From NCBI GenBank assembly GCA_051362555.1, contig CM120640.1:8494001-8558000 (forward strand): a stretch of DNA of 64,000 nucleotides, given 5' to 3'. Each line of letters begins with the position of its first letter. Positions within the stretch are counted from its first letter, which is position 1. Below are positions 50,095 through 61,383 of the stretch, piece after piece. The notes beneath the pieces are model-generated. The model was not told the origin of the DNA and did no database searches. It saw nothing but the letters and a program-made list of their open reading frames with translations. The DNA is from Lingula anatina. Taxonomy: Eukaryota; Animalia; Brachiopoda. The translations under genes were made by a program, and so were the position numbers.

Positions 50095-50936
50095 CTGACT
50101 GTTGAGGAAACGTGGTGGTATCATCCTGTGGGGATGAAGATGCAGTCGCCTTTATCCATAGTGACTGCCGACCATGGTATATTCGGAAAGCTTGGAAATT
50201 TTTCCATGTCAACTTTCCCAACATCCACAGTGTTATAGCTACCGTCTTTTCTTAAATCACCTTTTCCGACTGATAGATTTTTACAGATATTCACAGATAT
50301 GTCTCTAGCTAGATAGATGATCATTTTGGGGCTTAAGTCTGACTTCAGCCCAAAATGGCCATCTATCTAGCTAGAGACATATCTCTGAATATCTGTAATA
50401 TCTAGCTAGAGACATATCTGTGAATATCTGTAAAAATCTATCAGTCGCCCTAGTAGAGGGTATAGTACCCCCGCTACTAAACCACAGCAAAGCGTCCTGC
50501 AGGATTTTGGTATAGCCACCACACAAGAGGGGCTTCATCATTTTAGTACCCAAGCTGTAGACCATCTAGATATTAGCTTCTTTGTATAAATTTAGGAAGG
50601 TGGACATCGGCATGCCTCCTTGTAGAGACTCCTTTCCCTTTTCAATGTCGATCTTGATATATTTATTTCGTAGATATTTATCAATCCACAAGTTGATCGC
50701 TGGGATACCTTTAGCTTTCCCTTTAAATAGAAGTGGTTTGCCGGGTTTAATGTAGTTGTTGTAAAATGTCGCCGGGTCGGGCCAAAAGTCTTTGATTTCA
50801 ACCGTTCCTTCCACATGACGTTGAGACCCTAAATACTGTAAATGCCCGCAGGTATCTCCTCTGCAAAACAAATGGCCACGAGGCCAGCAAATAAGCAGAA
50901 AGCAGAGAAAATAATAACGTGCGACACAACTCCCAT
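50095..50936 (-). pseudogene. JmjC hydroxylase pseudogene (copy 1)
   Basis: Homologous to 57978-57200 but with a +2 frameshift near 50848, small deletions, TAC>TAG nonsense at 50568-50566, HxD region replaced by a palindromic element, and the 3' third missing. Confidence 0.92.
50267..50455. mobile_element. Foldback/MITE-like palindrome
   Basis: CGACTGATAGATTTTTACAGATATTCACAGATATGTCTCTAGCTAGATA is mirrored at 50399-50447; one arm has an internal duplication; left terminus looks truncated. Confidence 0.8.
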
Positions 50937-51129
50937 ATTTTCTACTTGAATGTTGCCCTACCGGATAGGAATACTTCATACTCGTTTCCTGCAGCTGAGA
51001 AGTGGCAGATTTTCTACTTTAGTAAAACTCATGGAAGTAGAGACTAGATCGATTTGAGAATGTGAGATGGCGCTACGAGCGACAGAAACGGTTAAAATTT
51101 AGTTCGTTTGTGTTTGTGTGCGTGAGAGA

Positions 51130-51160
<31 letters not shown>

Positions 51161-51869
51161 CAGATGCAGATAAATCTGTCTGAATCTATTTGCTATTTGC
51201 AATCGCATAAGACAAAATCAACCTAATGTCCACGTTTACAAAAGTTGCATTATGTGCACCAAATGAAACGTTTCATAACCAGTCAAATCTTAGTTTACCA
51301 TAATTCAGAACTCCACACAACTCAGCCATTTGTTTTATATGTATGTTTATGTAAAGCGTTTAGTTTGTTTCTGTAATAAATTTTTATCATATAATGTAAC
51401 ACATTGCTGATATCTTTATGTGACTTGTATTTGTAGTGCTGGATATGTAAAACTGTATTACTGGACAGTGGCCTAAATTTCTTTAAGAATAAACGGTTCA
51501 CCTGTTTCTTATGTTGACTTCATGCTGGTTAATTAATTAACGCATATTTGTAAAGAAAAAACACCAGAGGGTTCACAGAAACAAAAACTGGCGTCCTTTG
51601 AGAAGAGTGAGAACTTATTTTGAAGCATCTACTCATGCCATTTTGGCTGAAAAATAATCGGTTAAAGTTTTTAACACTCAAATGTTTCTAAAGGTCTTGT
51701 AAATATACATGTATAGATCTGAATAAAACAAATTCAGGACATACGTTGATCGCAGATATATTAATTTATATGAATAATTTTGAAAAAAATATAATAAAAC
51801 TAACTCAAATTCTGGAAACGAATGTGTCCCTTTTTCACGATTTGAAAAGACCGATAATGTGTAAACGAC

Positions 51870-51904
<35 letters not shown>

Positions 51905-52402
51905 ACAATTTTATGAATATTTTTTTAGAATAAGTTGCTCGATAATTAAATAGCTATTTGTTAATGAATACGATAAAAATCAACCGAACCGATGCAGCAT
52001 AGGCCTGTTGTTTTGATATGTATAGAAAGCTGTCGGGTATTTCCCTAAAGCTAGTTGATTCTTTGGTGATTACATGGATGAGTTTTCCTATCTGGAAAGG
52101 TCTGTTGCGCTTGGAGAAGTAAAGGGCCAATAAGTAGGTGAAGCTGGACGTGATACCTGAGATACAAAATACTTATAAGCTCAATGCGTTGTGTGCTCCG
52201 TATTGAAATACTAGCTCTTTCCGAGCGAATTGCGGGGTGAAGATTTGTTCGTGATGCCTTAAAACCCGATCAGTCCTGACCCCTTACTGACTGCCATCTA
52301 TTCACTGCTACTTAGCTGCATGCTGTAAACAATTCTACGTCAACGATTATTGAAATGTGTGCATAGGTTCTATTTCTTCGCGTTGTACATATAGGCTTCA
52401 CA

Positions 52403-55400
52403 ATGGCGGGTCTCGTGATAAGCTATCAACCTGCGAGCAATATTTTGGGACCAGTGCCTGGGGATGATGGGGGCCCTATAAGGATTAGACCTATGACAGA
52501 GCAAGACTCGGAATACGTCGCGAAGTTGCAGGTCGAGGCGTTCCGGGAGAAGTTTGAATGGGCAGTTGGGAAATCTAAGTAAGCTGGAAACCATTACTTA
52601 TTTAACCTACTGATATGACAGTTTGTAGAGCGACACGAGGTATTATGATACATTCCAGGGGCGGATTTAGGCCGTCTTCTGGGTCTTCCGGAAGACGGTC
52701 AGATTATCAAGTTTACATTGACTGGTATCTAATTTCTTCTGTCGGAAGACGGTCAAAAATAGAGGATGGATCAACAAATATAATTTGGAAGACTCGATCT
52801 CAGAAAAACTCTGGATCCGCCCCTGGAATGTATCCGCATTCGCATGATTGCTAGTGTAATGTGGATGCAAGTCACACTCTAAACTAAACAGCGCATTCTT
52901 TTTAAGTAAAGGTATAACAATTGACAAAAGCCCCGTTACTACAGTATTAATATCGTTATATCACCTGTTCTATCCACAGGCGCTTGCCTATTTTTAGCGT
53001 TGAGAGACCTACATTTATGTACGCATTATAATTGGGTCGTATACACGCTCGACTGTCATAGTCCGAAGGTTCATTGGTCCGAATGTTCACTATAGAACCT
53101 TCGGACCAATGAACCCTTGATTAAAAAATCGATGAAAATGTTACCACTTTTCGGACCAATGAACCTTCGGACCAATGAACCTTCGGACTATCGAGACGCC
53201 CCCCGGCTGTCACCTTGATTGGATAGTAAACGATTGTCGTAAAATCGCTAAATGATATTAAAATCGGGTGCATAAACTAGAAAACCACCTAGGACAACCT
53301 AAGACTGCCACATTAATCCAATACAATGCAAAAATAAACTATAACAAGTGGTTAAAGCCTTCAAACCGAATGTCGTAAAGTCCCCATATGTCTCTATGGC
53401 GGTATATGGGGACTGTAGTACTTACATACTAGTAGTTTTCAGACTGTGCTATATATATTTACAGATTATTATCCTGAGGACCCGTTTATTTTGTATTCAG
53501 CCCGAATATTCAGAAAATAAAGCCTTTTCAGTGTTAACAATATGTATTAAACACAAGCCTTTGTCCCCGCTTTTCAAGCTTTTTACCTGGGCTACGTCAT
53601 GTATTGGTTCCCAGTTTCAACAGTGAATTGTGTTCAGACATTGTTCAGATTGCATCGAAAGGCTTCTCAATCAATAGAACATTAAATTTCAGTGTCAAAC
53701 TAAAACAGGGAATACAAAACATGCAAGTCATCATCACGTTTGTTCTGGTGGAGCTCAGCGAATAATTAGTACATGTCGTCTGTCGTTGATATGATGACAA
53801 CATTACTGTCCTTCTACATGTATATGGCATTAAATCAGTTAAACGACAATCATTATCTTCATTATGACCGATTATGACAAGCATGGTTCTCCACTAAGCA
53901 GTTTTAAATTATACAAAGTTATTTATATTGACTTTCAGTGTCAATAAAGTGAGTAGAGCGTTGGGCAATGGGTTGAGAAGATCTCCTCAATGGTGGCCCA
54001 GATATTTCGTTGCCGAGTTAAATGACGAGTTCGGCTGTCACTTTGCTGGCGCAATCGTATTAGGTTTCTATGCAGACAGGAGGTAAGCCTTAAGGATGGT
54101 ATCTCTCTTACAGACAAAAAAAAAAAAAAAAAATCTCAGAATTCTGTCAGAAAAAAATAATAAATCAAGTATTTGCTTATTCCTTCAAGTTGAACTCAAT
54201 TTCGTTCATAGCTCAGTGTTGACAACAAGAACAATAGTAATGGCATTCAGGGGCTCTATGATATGCAGCAAGTTTTAATTAATGACGTAATATGATGCAT
54301 ATTTGCACACTTCAGAGCCACTTGTCTCTACGTACATGTACACTAGTCTTTAATATTAGAAACAGATATCAGATCAAATTATGAGCTGTGCCACGAGGGG
54401 TTTCTTCTCAGATTGAAAAACGAGTCGGATATTAAAGTTATATCTTGCCAAACCACTTAATTTAGGCCTATGTGACAAATACAGCAACTGTACATATTTC
54501 TAACAAGTCAAATTCTAAGGTTTTTATTTTCAGCTTGCCAGAACCTAATTTTGACACGAATGGACTTGGTTGCAGAGCCATCTGTGGGTATGTACTGATA
54601 CTCTTATTTGTTTTGCATCTAAAATGTTAACTTTCCACTCACAACCTTGGGCATAATAACGAATATGTCCAAGGTTCAACCAACAGTAAAATAACTACAG
54701 TTTACAGGCTTGGTTTGTCAAATGATTTATGGAAAAGCAAAGAAATAACGAACCTCAATTAGTAAAAGGTGTGGATTCCTTGCAGAATGGCGTGTATGGA
54801 AATGGCTCTTGGTGAAAAACGATCAAATCCAAGTAAGGGTTACGTGGAAGCCATATGTGTAGATTCCAAGTATCGTGGAAAGGGGATTGGCAAAGTGCTT
54901 CTGGACAGAGCGGAATACGAAGCGAAAGCAATGGGATGCAGGGTATTTCTCCTCTCCTCGCCCCTCTCTCTTTCTCTTTCTCTCTCTCTCGTGCTATATG
55001 CATATTCTGTATATTCAGAAACACTTGACAAGCAATGTTTTTTGTTTTGTTTTCAGTCCATTTATCTATATGTAAAACAAACAAATCGAGCAAAGAACCT
55101 GTATGAGCGTCAAGGCTATAGAGTGACTGAGAACCATGATGGTTGCTGTTGCACATATTGTGCAGTTGGAGTCAGGGTAAGGACTGTAATAAACATGCAC
55201 GCCGTGGTTTATCACATGCTAACATATATAATTTAGACAAATTTATGTTTGGGGGGAGGGTAAAGGCAAAGTATGTACTTTTTTGGGCCCCTGTTCACTG
55301 GGGTTTTGGTCCACAACCTAATATATTTTATAACTTGCTTGACTTTAATGAAATATTTCTCATACAGAAATGAATGGGGTCCCCTAACACATTCCCTGCT

Positions 55401-55596
55401 ACTTTAGCATATGACTGACTTGGTCTGAGACTTTTATACTAATAATTTGCCAATAATTATATCAATTTTGGTTTGACAATGGTGCACTATGAACCAACTA
55501 CTGAAATGTGATATATGCTGTAACGTAATTATTGATAGCTAACAAGTACTCAATTTCTTTTAGCATTTTTACGAAATGGAAAAACAGCTATTTTAG
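52403..55596 (+). CDS. GNAT-family N-acetyltransferase (intact, 6 exons, ~227 aa)
   Basis: Exons 52403-52578 (MAGLV..IRIRPMTEQDSEYVAKLQVEAF), 53939-54082, 54534-54587, 54786-54942 (motif A ICVDSKYRGKGIGKVLL), 55057-55176 (motif B NRAKNLYERQGY), 55564-55596 (HFYEMEKQLF*). Confidence 0.9.
52656..52825. mobile_element. MITE, same family as 12545-12712, opposite orientation
   Basis: CAGGGGCGGAT TIRs; absent from the paralogous intron of copy 1 (~46120). Confidence 0.88.
53058..53203. mobile_element. Non-autonomous DNA element with subterminal TTCGGACCAATGAACC repeats
   Basis: ATAGTCCGAAGGTTCATTGGTCCGAA on the left and tandem inverse TTCGGACCAATGAACC(TTCGGACTAT) on the right; absent from copy 1. 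Confidence 0.7.
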
Positions 55597-56781
55597 AATG
55601 AAACAGGAAGACAGGATATGCTGATGTTGTCGTACATATGCCGTGCAGGGAAAAAAGAAAAGACGGAACAAAAAGGAGATATGCATCTACAGAAATGAAT
55701 TTCTATATGATTAACTAACCATGCTGTCAGTGTATGCAGGTGACTTAATGTCTTTCCACAGCAGTATTGGACATAACCGATTTGACATCCTTCTGTACAG
55801 AATGACATATGTCAGTAAAATAAGGGCGGTGCCCCGATTCCTCCATAGGAATGTACCAGAATTACTACCAGTCAGCACAATTTTCTGTGATACACTGTAT
55901 ATGTGCTGTTAACAGAAATATATATATATATTTATTGTAGCCTCTGAATCTCAGGTGTATGTGATTTGAAAAAGAACTTTACAGTATTTCTATATCTCTT
56001 ACTTAGCTCTCTAGAATTTTAAGAAATATTATTGTTTAGATATAAAGAATTTTTATTAGTAACGCAAGAATTTTTAGCTTTTTAGTGTGTTAGTATTTTT
56101 CAAATGATATATTCATGATCTAATGAAAAAGGAAAAGACGGGAAATTTACTTATTTGTTTGAGAGTCCTCATATAAGCACCAGGTCGCGTGCAAGTGTCA
56201 TAATATTGTTTAATGTACTTAAAGAACCCGTTTCAAATAGTTCTTTGTTTTGTTGATTGCTTGTGATTATGTAATATGAGTTATATGCAATATGTTGCTC
56301 GTATTATGTTCGTATAGTGGTCTTTGTCAGATATTTGTATATTTAAAGATGCAACTTTTTATTTTTGAATTTATTTTATTTTTTAATTAATTTATTATTT
56401 ATTTATTTATTAATTTTGCAAAGTGACATTGTAATATATATTTTAACTACAGCGTGTTTGGAACAAGAAACTCTGGAAGACTCACAGGTACCCAACCCGA
56501 CGTCTTCTGAGAATAGTGAGAGATTCTTTTTGAAAACTTTATTATTGCCATTAAAGCTGTTAACATTATATGTCCAAATACCATTTAGCAAAATTCTTAC
56601 AGATATCATACATCTGAATAATAATGGTCTTTACATGTGTTGACCACGAATCTGCTATTATTAAATATAGAAGGATGATACATCAGAAACTCACCACCAT
56701 CGTAAGTGACACTAAAAAAGAAAAAAAAAGGAGGGGGGGGGGGCACGTAAGCAACTAGCGGGCTGTGAACAATGTATTACA

Positions 56782-57978
56782 TCATAATTCTTCATGTTTT
56801 TTCTCGTTTTCACCCGGATTCTTTGCCTCATCATTAACTTGAAAATTCGGGAATTTTTTGATGAACTCGTCAATGTCAAAGGAGTTCAGCTCCATCCAGT
56901 CCAGAAGCGAATCATTATTCCCATCAATAAAATCAAAAATGTTTATCCACTCATCCCGCTGAAGATCGCTTTGGGCTTCTTTGGTTGCGTCCAGAAACTC
57001 ATCTTTACTGATTTCTTGGTCTTTGAATGGCCTCAATAAGTCAGTTAGCTCGCCCCTCACTTCTTCATTATCGTAATTTAGAGAAGCTACTTTGAATTTA
57101 GTGAGGGGTAAGGATTCTGGAAGGTCCCCTGGCACCGCGCAGTCTGTGTGGTTGAACTTGGGAAGATGGGTGAACCAGATGTTGATAGCAAGATTACGCG
57201 GACCTGTTGAGGAAACGTGGTGGTACCACCCTGTGGGGATGAAAAGGCAGTCGCCTTTATCCATGGTGACTTCCGACCAAGGTATATTCCGAAAGCTTGG
57301 GAATTTTTCCATGTCAACTTTCTCAACATCCACAGAGCTATACCCGCCGTCTTCTCTGAAACCATCCTTTTCCACCAAATCTTTATACTTTTTATCAATA
57401 AATATCAGCCGCTTGGTTCCATCCATGAGACAGTTGATGTTGTCAATATCGTCGCTGTGCAGCACTGACTTAGTACCCCCGCTACTAAACCACAGCACAG
57501 CGTCCTGCAGGATTTTGGTGTAGCCACCACACAAGAGGGGCTTCGGGAGGTGAAACTCCTCCATCATTTTAGAACCCAAGCTGTAGACCATGTAGATATT
57601 GGCTTCTTTGTATAAATTTAGGAAGGTGGACATCGGCACACGCAGCATGCCTCCTTGTCGAGTCTCCTTCTTTCCCTTTTCAATGTCGATCTTGATATCC
57701 CCGTACTTATTCCGTAGATATTCATCGGTCCATAAGTTGAACGCTGGGATACCTTTAGCTTTCCCTTTAAATAGAAGTGGTTTGCCGGGTTTAATGTAGT
57801 TGTTGTAAAATGTCGCCGGGTCGGGCCAAAAGTCTTTGATGTCAATCGTTCCTTCCGCAGGCCGGTGAGACCCTAAATACTGTAAATGTCCAGGTATCTC
57901 CTCGGCAAAACAAATGGCCACGTGGCCAGCAAATAAGCAGAAAGCAGAGAAAATAACAACGTGCGACACAACTCCCAT
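56782..57978 (-). CDS. Secretory-pathway JmjC (cupin-8) 2OG/Fe(II) oxygenase with EF-hand and C-terminal HEEL
   Basis: Single 398-aa ORF; hydrophobic signal peptide MGVVSHVVIFSAFCLFAGHVAICFA; LWFSSGGTKSVLHSD..GTK..GDCLFIPTGWYHHV (HxD...H triad); EF-hand-like DGNNDSLLDWME; ends HEEL. Confidence 0.92.
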   Translation of the reverse strand: MGVVSHVVIFSAFCLFAGHVAICFAEEIPGHLQYLGSHRPAEGTIDIKDFWPDPATFYNNYIKPGKPLLFKGKAKGIPAFNLWTDEYLRNKYGDIKIDIEKGKKETRQGGMLRVPMSTFLNLYKEANIYMVYSLGSKMMEEFHLPKPLLCGGYTKILQDAVLWFSSGGTKSVLHSDDIDNINCLMDGTKRLIFIDKKYKDLVEKDGFREDGGYSSVDVEKVDMEKFPSFRNIPWSEVTMDKGDCLFIPTGWYHHVSSTGPRNLAINIWFTHLPKFNHTDCAVPGDLPESLPLTKFKVASLNYDNEEVRGELTDLLRPFKDQEISKDEFLDATKEAQSDLQRDEWINIFDFIDGNNDSLLDWMELNSFDIDEFIKKFPNFQVNDEAKNPGENEKKHEEL

Positions 57979-59576
57979 ATTTTCTACTTGAATGTTGCCC
58001 TACCGGCTAGGAATACGTGTAATCTACCTGTACGTGTAGGCTCCTATATAGTGCTACCTGGTACAAATGCCTGATATGTCACACCTGAGTTCTTTTTTTC
58101 ATTACATAGTCCAACAATTTGAGAACACAGTTTTATATAGTGGTTTTGTTCTCTGACATTGGGGCCACGGCTGTATCACTTCACTGGGTGACAGGGGTGA
58201 ATTATTGTCATCTAAATGGCACATCCTCCATATTTTGAAACGAAAATGGGTTCAAATAACAACCACGCAACTTTTGTCAGCCCAAGTAGGACGGGTCCTT
58301 ATCATCCAGAGCGGGTAGGTTAGGTTTGGTCCACTTGTTCCGCCTAAGCAAAAAAAAATCTTCAATTTGCTGTTGCACGTGATAATTGGTGGGAATTCGA
58401 TTAAATGCTTAAATTAAACCTTTGAAATTCTTTAAAGTGAACGAAAAGCTTTTATATTGCCTCTGTAGCACGTACGGTGTCCTTTGGTACAACATGTAGT
58501 AAGCATACAGTTTCATTATCAATATATTGGTCCATTTGAATAAGACATAAAAGTAAAAAATGAAGTTAACATATATTTGCGAATTTTAGGCTACTTTTTC
58601 TAAATCTCTGGTAACAGAAAGTGAAAATCTAGCTTTTTGTGAAATTATGGAAAATTCTAAAAACCCATGCTTTGCTAATATGGGGAATTTTCCGACGGTT
58701 TCCTCTGTTTTATTAACAAAGGTTTTAAAAATAGCAGCCCTTTGGATAGTATTTGCAAGTTGTTTATGCTAACAAAAATTAGACTGCGCTAAAGGGGTAT
58801 TACGAGATGCACGTTTAATTTATTGATGATTTTTTCTTCTATCCCAAGAATGTTTTTCCACAATGCTTGTATCTTTTAAGAGAATGTAGTTTTGCCGTGT
58901 TTCCTGTAAAACATTTAACAGTGCCCTGTCACCACATCGTCTAGCGAATCATGGATGTAACTAAATATAAGATTTTATTAAGGGCTAAAATATTACAAAA
59001 ACATCAAACAACTAAAATTGGTGACCTGCTCCAAAAGACACAATTATTTATTATTATTTTTTTTTTCAATTTTAAAAAACCTGACGCCATCGCGAAAGTA
59101 GACACAGGCTATTTAATGAGGTATTTAAAATAATTCTAGGGATTTTCTTAGACGTCAGACATCATAATCGCTTCCTGAGAAGTGGCAGATTTTCTACTTT
59201 AGTAAAAATCATAAAAGTAGAGACTAGATCGACTTGAGAATGTGAAATGGCGCTGTGAGCGACAGAAACGTTTAAAATGTAGTCCGTTTTTTTTCTGTGT
59301 GTGTATTTGTGAGAGAGAGCGAGTGAGAGAGAGAAAGAGAGAACCTAAATGACATAAATCTCTCTGTATCTGTAACTGGACTAGATTGGGATCTTGCCTG
59401 TGACACTAAACGTGGTCTAATTCTTAATCTTATAACTTTATCGTAAAATGTCCCCTTCCCTTAAAGAAAAACGACTTTGTTCTTAATTACCCCAAACATT
59501 GGATTTTTCGAACCCTCACTCAAAACGTGATGAGGGGAAGTAGGCCTACCTAGTAGCGATGAGGACAGCAATTTTT

Positions 59577-59589
59577 TATTTATTTATTT

Positions 59590-59620
<31 letters not shown>

Positions 59621-59621
59621 T
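59577..59621. repeat. (ATTT)n microsatellite
   Basis: Tandem TTTA units. Confidence 0.9.
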
Positions 59622-60258
59622 TTTTTGAGGGGGTGGAGGTAAAGTGCACAGTCTTATTGATGGAGTAACGATACGGGAAGGTACTGTTCTGGAAAAGGAG
59701 ATGGCTCATTTCTTGGAGGGGTCTGTTTTAAACGATTTTTGGACATTAAAAAAAAAGTATTCAATCGCTACAGGTGGGACAATCTTGTGAAAGTAGGCCT
59801 ACTTTCCTGAACAAGGAGGCACTGGAAACGTTTAAGACAGTTGTTTTATACAACGACAATTATACACAAAAGTCAAATAACATGCTTATAAATTTAACGC
59901 TGCAACATTCATGGTTTCCCCTAGGGCTACACATAGTGACATGTGCAAATCTCAGACATCTAGGCCTAGGCTAGCCTGCTAGGCAAACGTCAAACAAACG
60001 TGCAAAGAGGTTCTGTTTCAGATAATTCTTGATGGTGTGTCCGTTGTGTAATAGGTCTTTTTTTACAATATTGGCAGCAACCCCCGTAAAGCGGCATGTT
60101 TAATAGACGTTGTACTTGAGTGCTCGTGCTGTGTGCTTGCGGAGACATCTCTGGACATTTTATATTGGACGGGGGCTGTGTTGCCTCAATACGCCCCCTA
60201 TCGGTAATATTTGATCAACTTACCTACATGAGAAATAAGTAAATGACTAATAACAACC

Positions 60259-61322
60259 ATGGGGAAGAAACAGCATCAGAAAGACAAACTGTAAGTACAG
60301 AAAACAAATTTCTTGTTGTGTAGGTTTATTTTAGTTTTCGTCATGCAAAGACTGCACTGTGTTTAGCATTCGAAGAATCATGGCAAGAAAATGATTAAGT
60401 CAACTTTGTAGCTTCTGCATCAGCACGGGTAGATGAAAATGTACAAATAGGAATGCAATTATAAATAGATATAAATTATATTAAAAAGTGATATAGTATG
60501 ACTACTTGCATGAAAATATGCAAAACATATTTGACAGAGCCCAAGTGGCTCTAACTACTCAATTGCCATTACACTTGTTGGAAATAGGTGCAGTACAGTC
60601 CCTTTTTTGGAAGCTAGGCTAACCATAAATATATGGGAAGAGCAATCATATGTTCATTCCTTGTTTATTCCATCACTCAGCAGAAACATTCCCTGCCTCA
60701 GTGTCTTATTATTTTGCTAAAGTTAGTTATACATTTTATTTATGTAAACAAGGTTGCTTTCAAATATAATAATTGTCTTACTTCCCTAGCTGATTTATTT
60801 AACACTTTTTAAAATGTGGCGAGGTTCTCTAGGGGTGATAAATTAGATTATTTTTAGCATGCCCTTTTTGCAACATTAATTCTATCATGGTATTTATCTG
60901 TTAAAAAAGTATTACGTGTCTTTGGCTAAGTGCAACAAGAAGTGGTTTATGTACTTCTAAGTAAAAATGTGTATTTGAAACCTTACCAGTGTGCCTTTAA
61001 ATGATGCTCTAAGTTCACATAACTGCAGAGTACAACATATTACATGAGTGAGACATGGTTTTATGCCAAGCCAGTATTTAACACATTAGGTGATGGCCAG
61101 TGGAAAAAAATAGATGAATTGATAGATAAAAATTCTATTTCTAACTCTGGCTAGGTACCTAACTTGTACTGAGTGGACACATCTGTATGGTGGACATAAA
61201 GGAGGGAAGGAAGGAGAAAAAGCAAAATTCAGAAGACTACCATTCCACTGTTGCAGGTACTGCCAGGTTTAACAGTTGTATTGTATAATATCATGGATAA
61301 AATCAATTTCTCGCTCTCAGTG

Positions 61323-61383
<61 letters not shown>

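Larger units (their letters stand above)
43495..51180. repeat. Tandem segmental duplication, copy 1 (GNAT + JmjC unit, damaged)
   Basis: Starts TTGCTATTTGCA..GACAAAATCAACCTAAT (also at ~51190); collinear introns, exons and UTRs; ends CTGAGAAGTGGCAGATT..(GA)n..ATAAATC (also at ~59176-59360). Confidence 0.9.
51181..59370. repeat. Tandem segmental duplication, copy 2 (intact genes)
   Basis: Collinear with 43495-51180. Confidence 0.9.

Noticed and set aside
50566-50979. 137-aa ORF as an independent JmjC gene
   Set aside because: Frameshifted fragment of the pseudogene ending at a nonsense codon before the catalytic domain.
53058-53195. Short spaced repeats that look CRISPR-like
   Set aside because: Repeats occur in both orientations without regular unique spacers; eukaryotic intron, no cas genes; fits transposon subterminal repeats.
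55593-55912. Coding-looking segment downstream of the GNAT stop, shared by both duplicates
   Set aside because: Reading frames are not preserved between copies; similarity is explained by the duplication.
58014-58052. Two TACGTG (HIF-type) motifs and a TATA-like sequence upstream of the JmjC gene
   Set aside because: Short motifs without conservation evidence; transcription start unknown.
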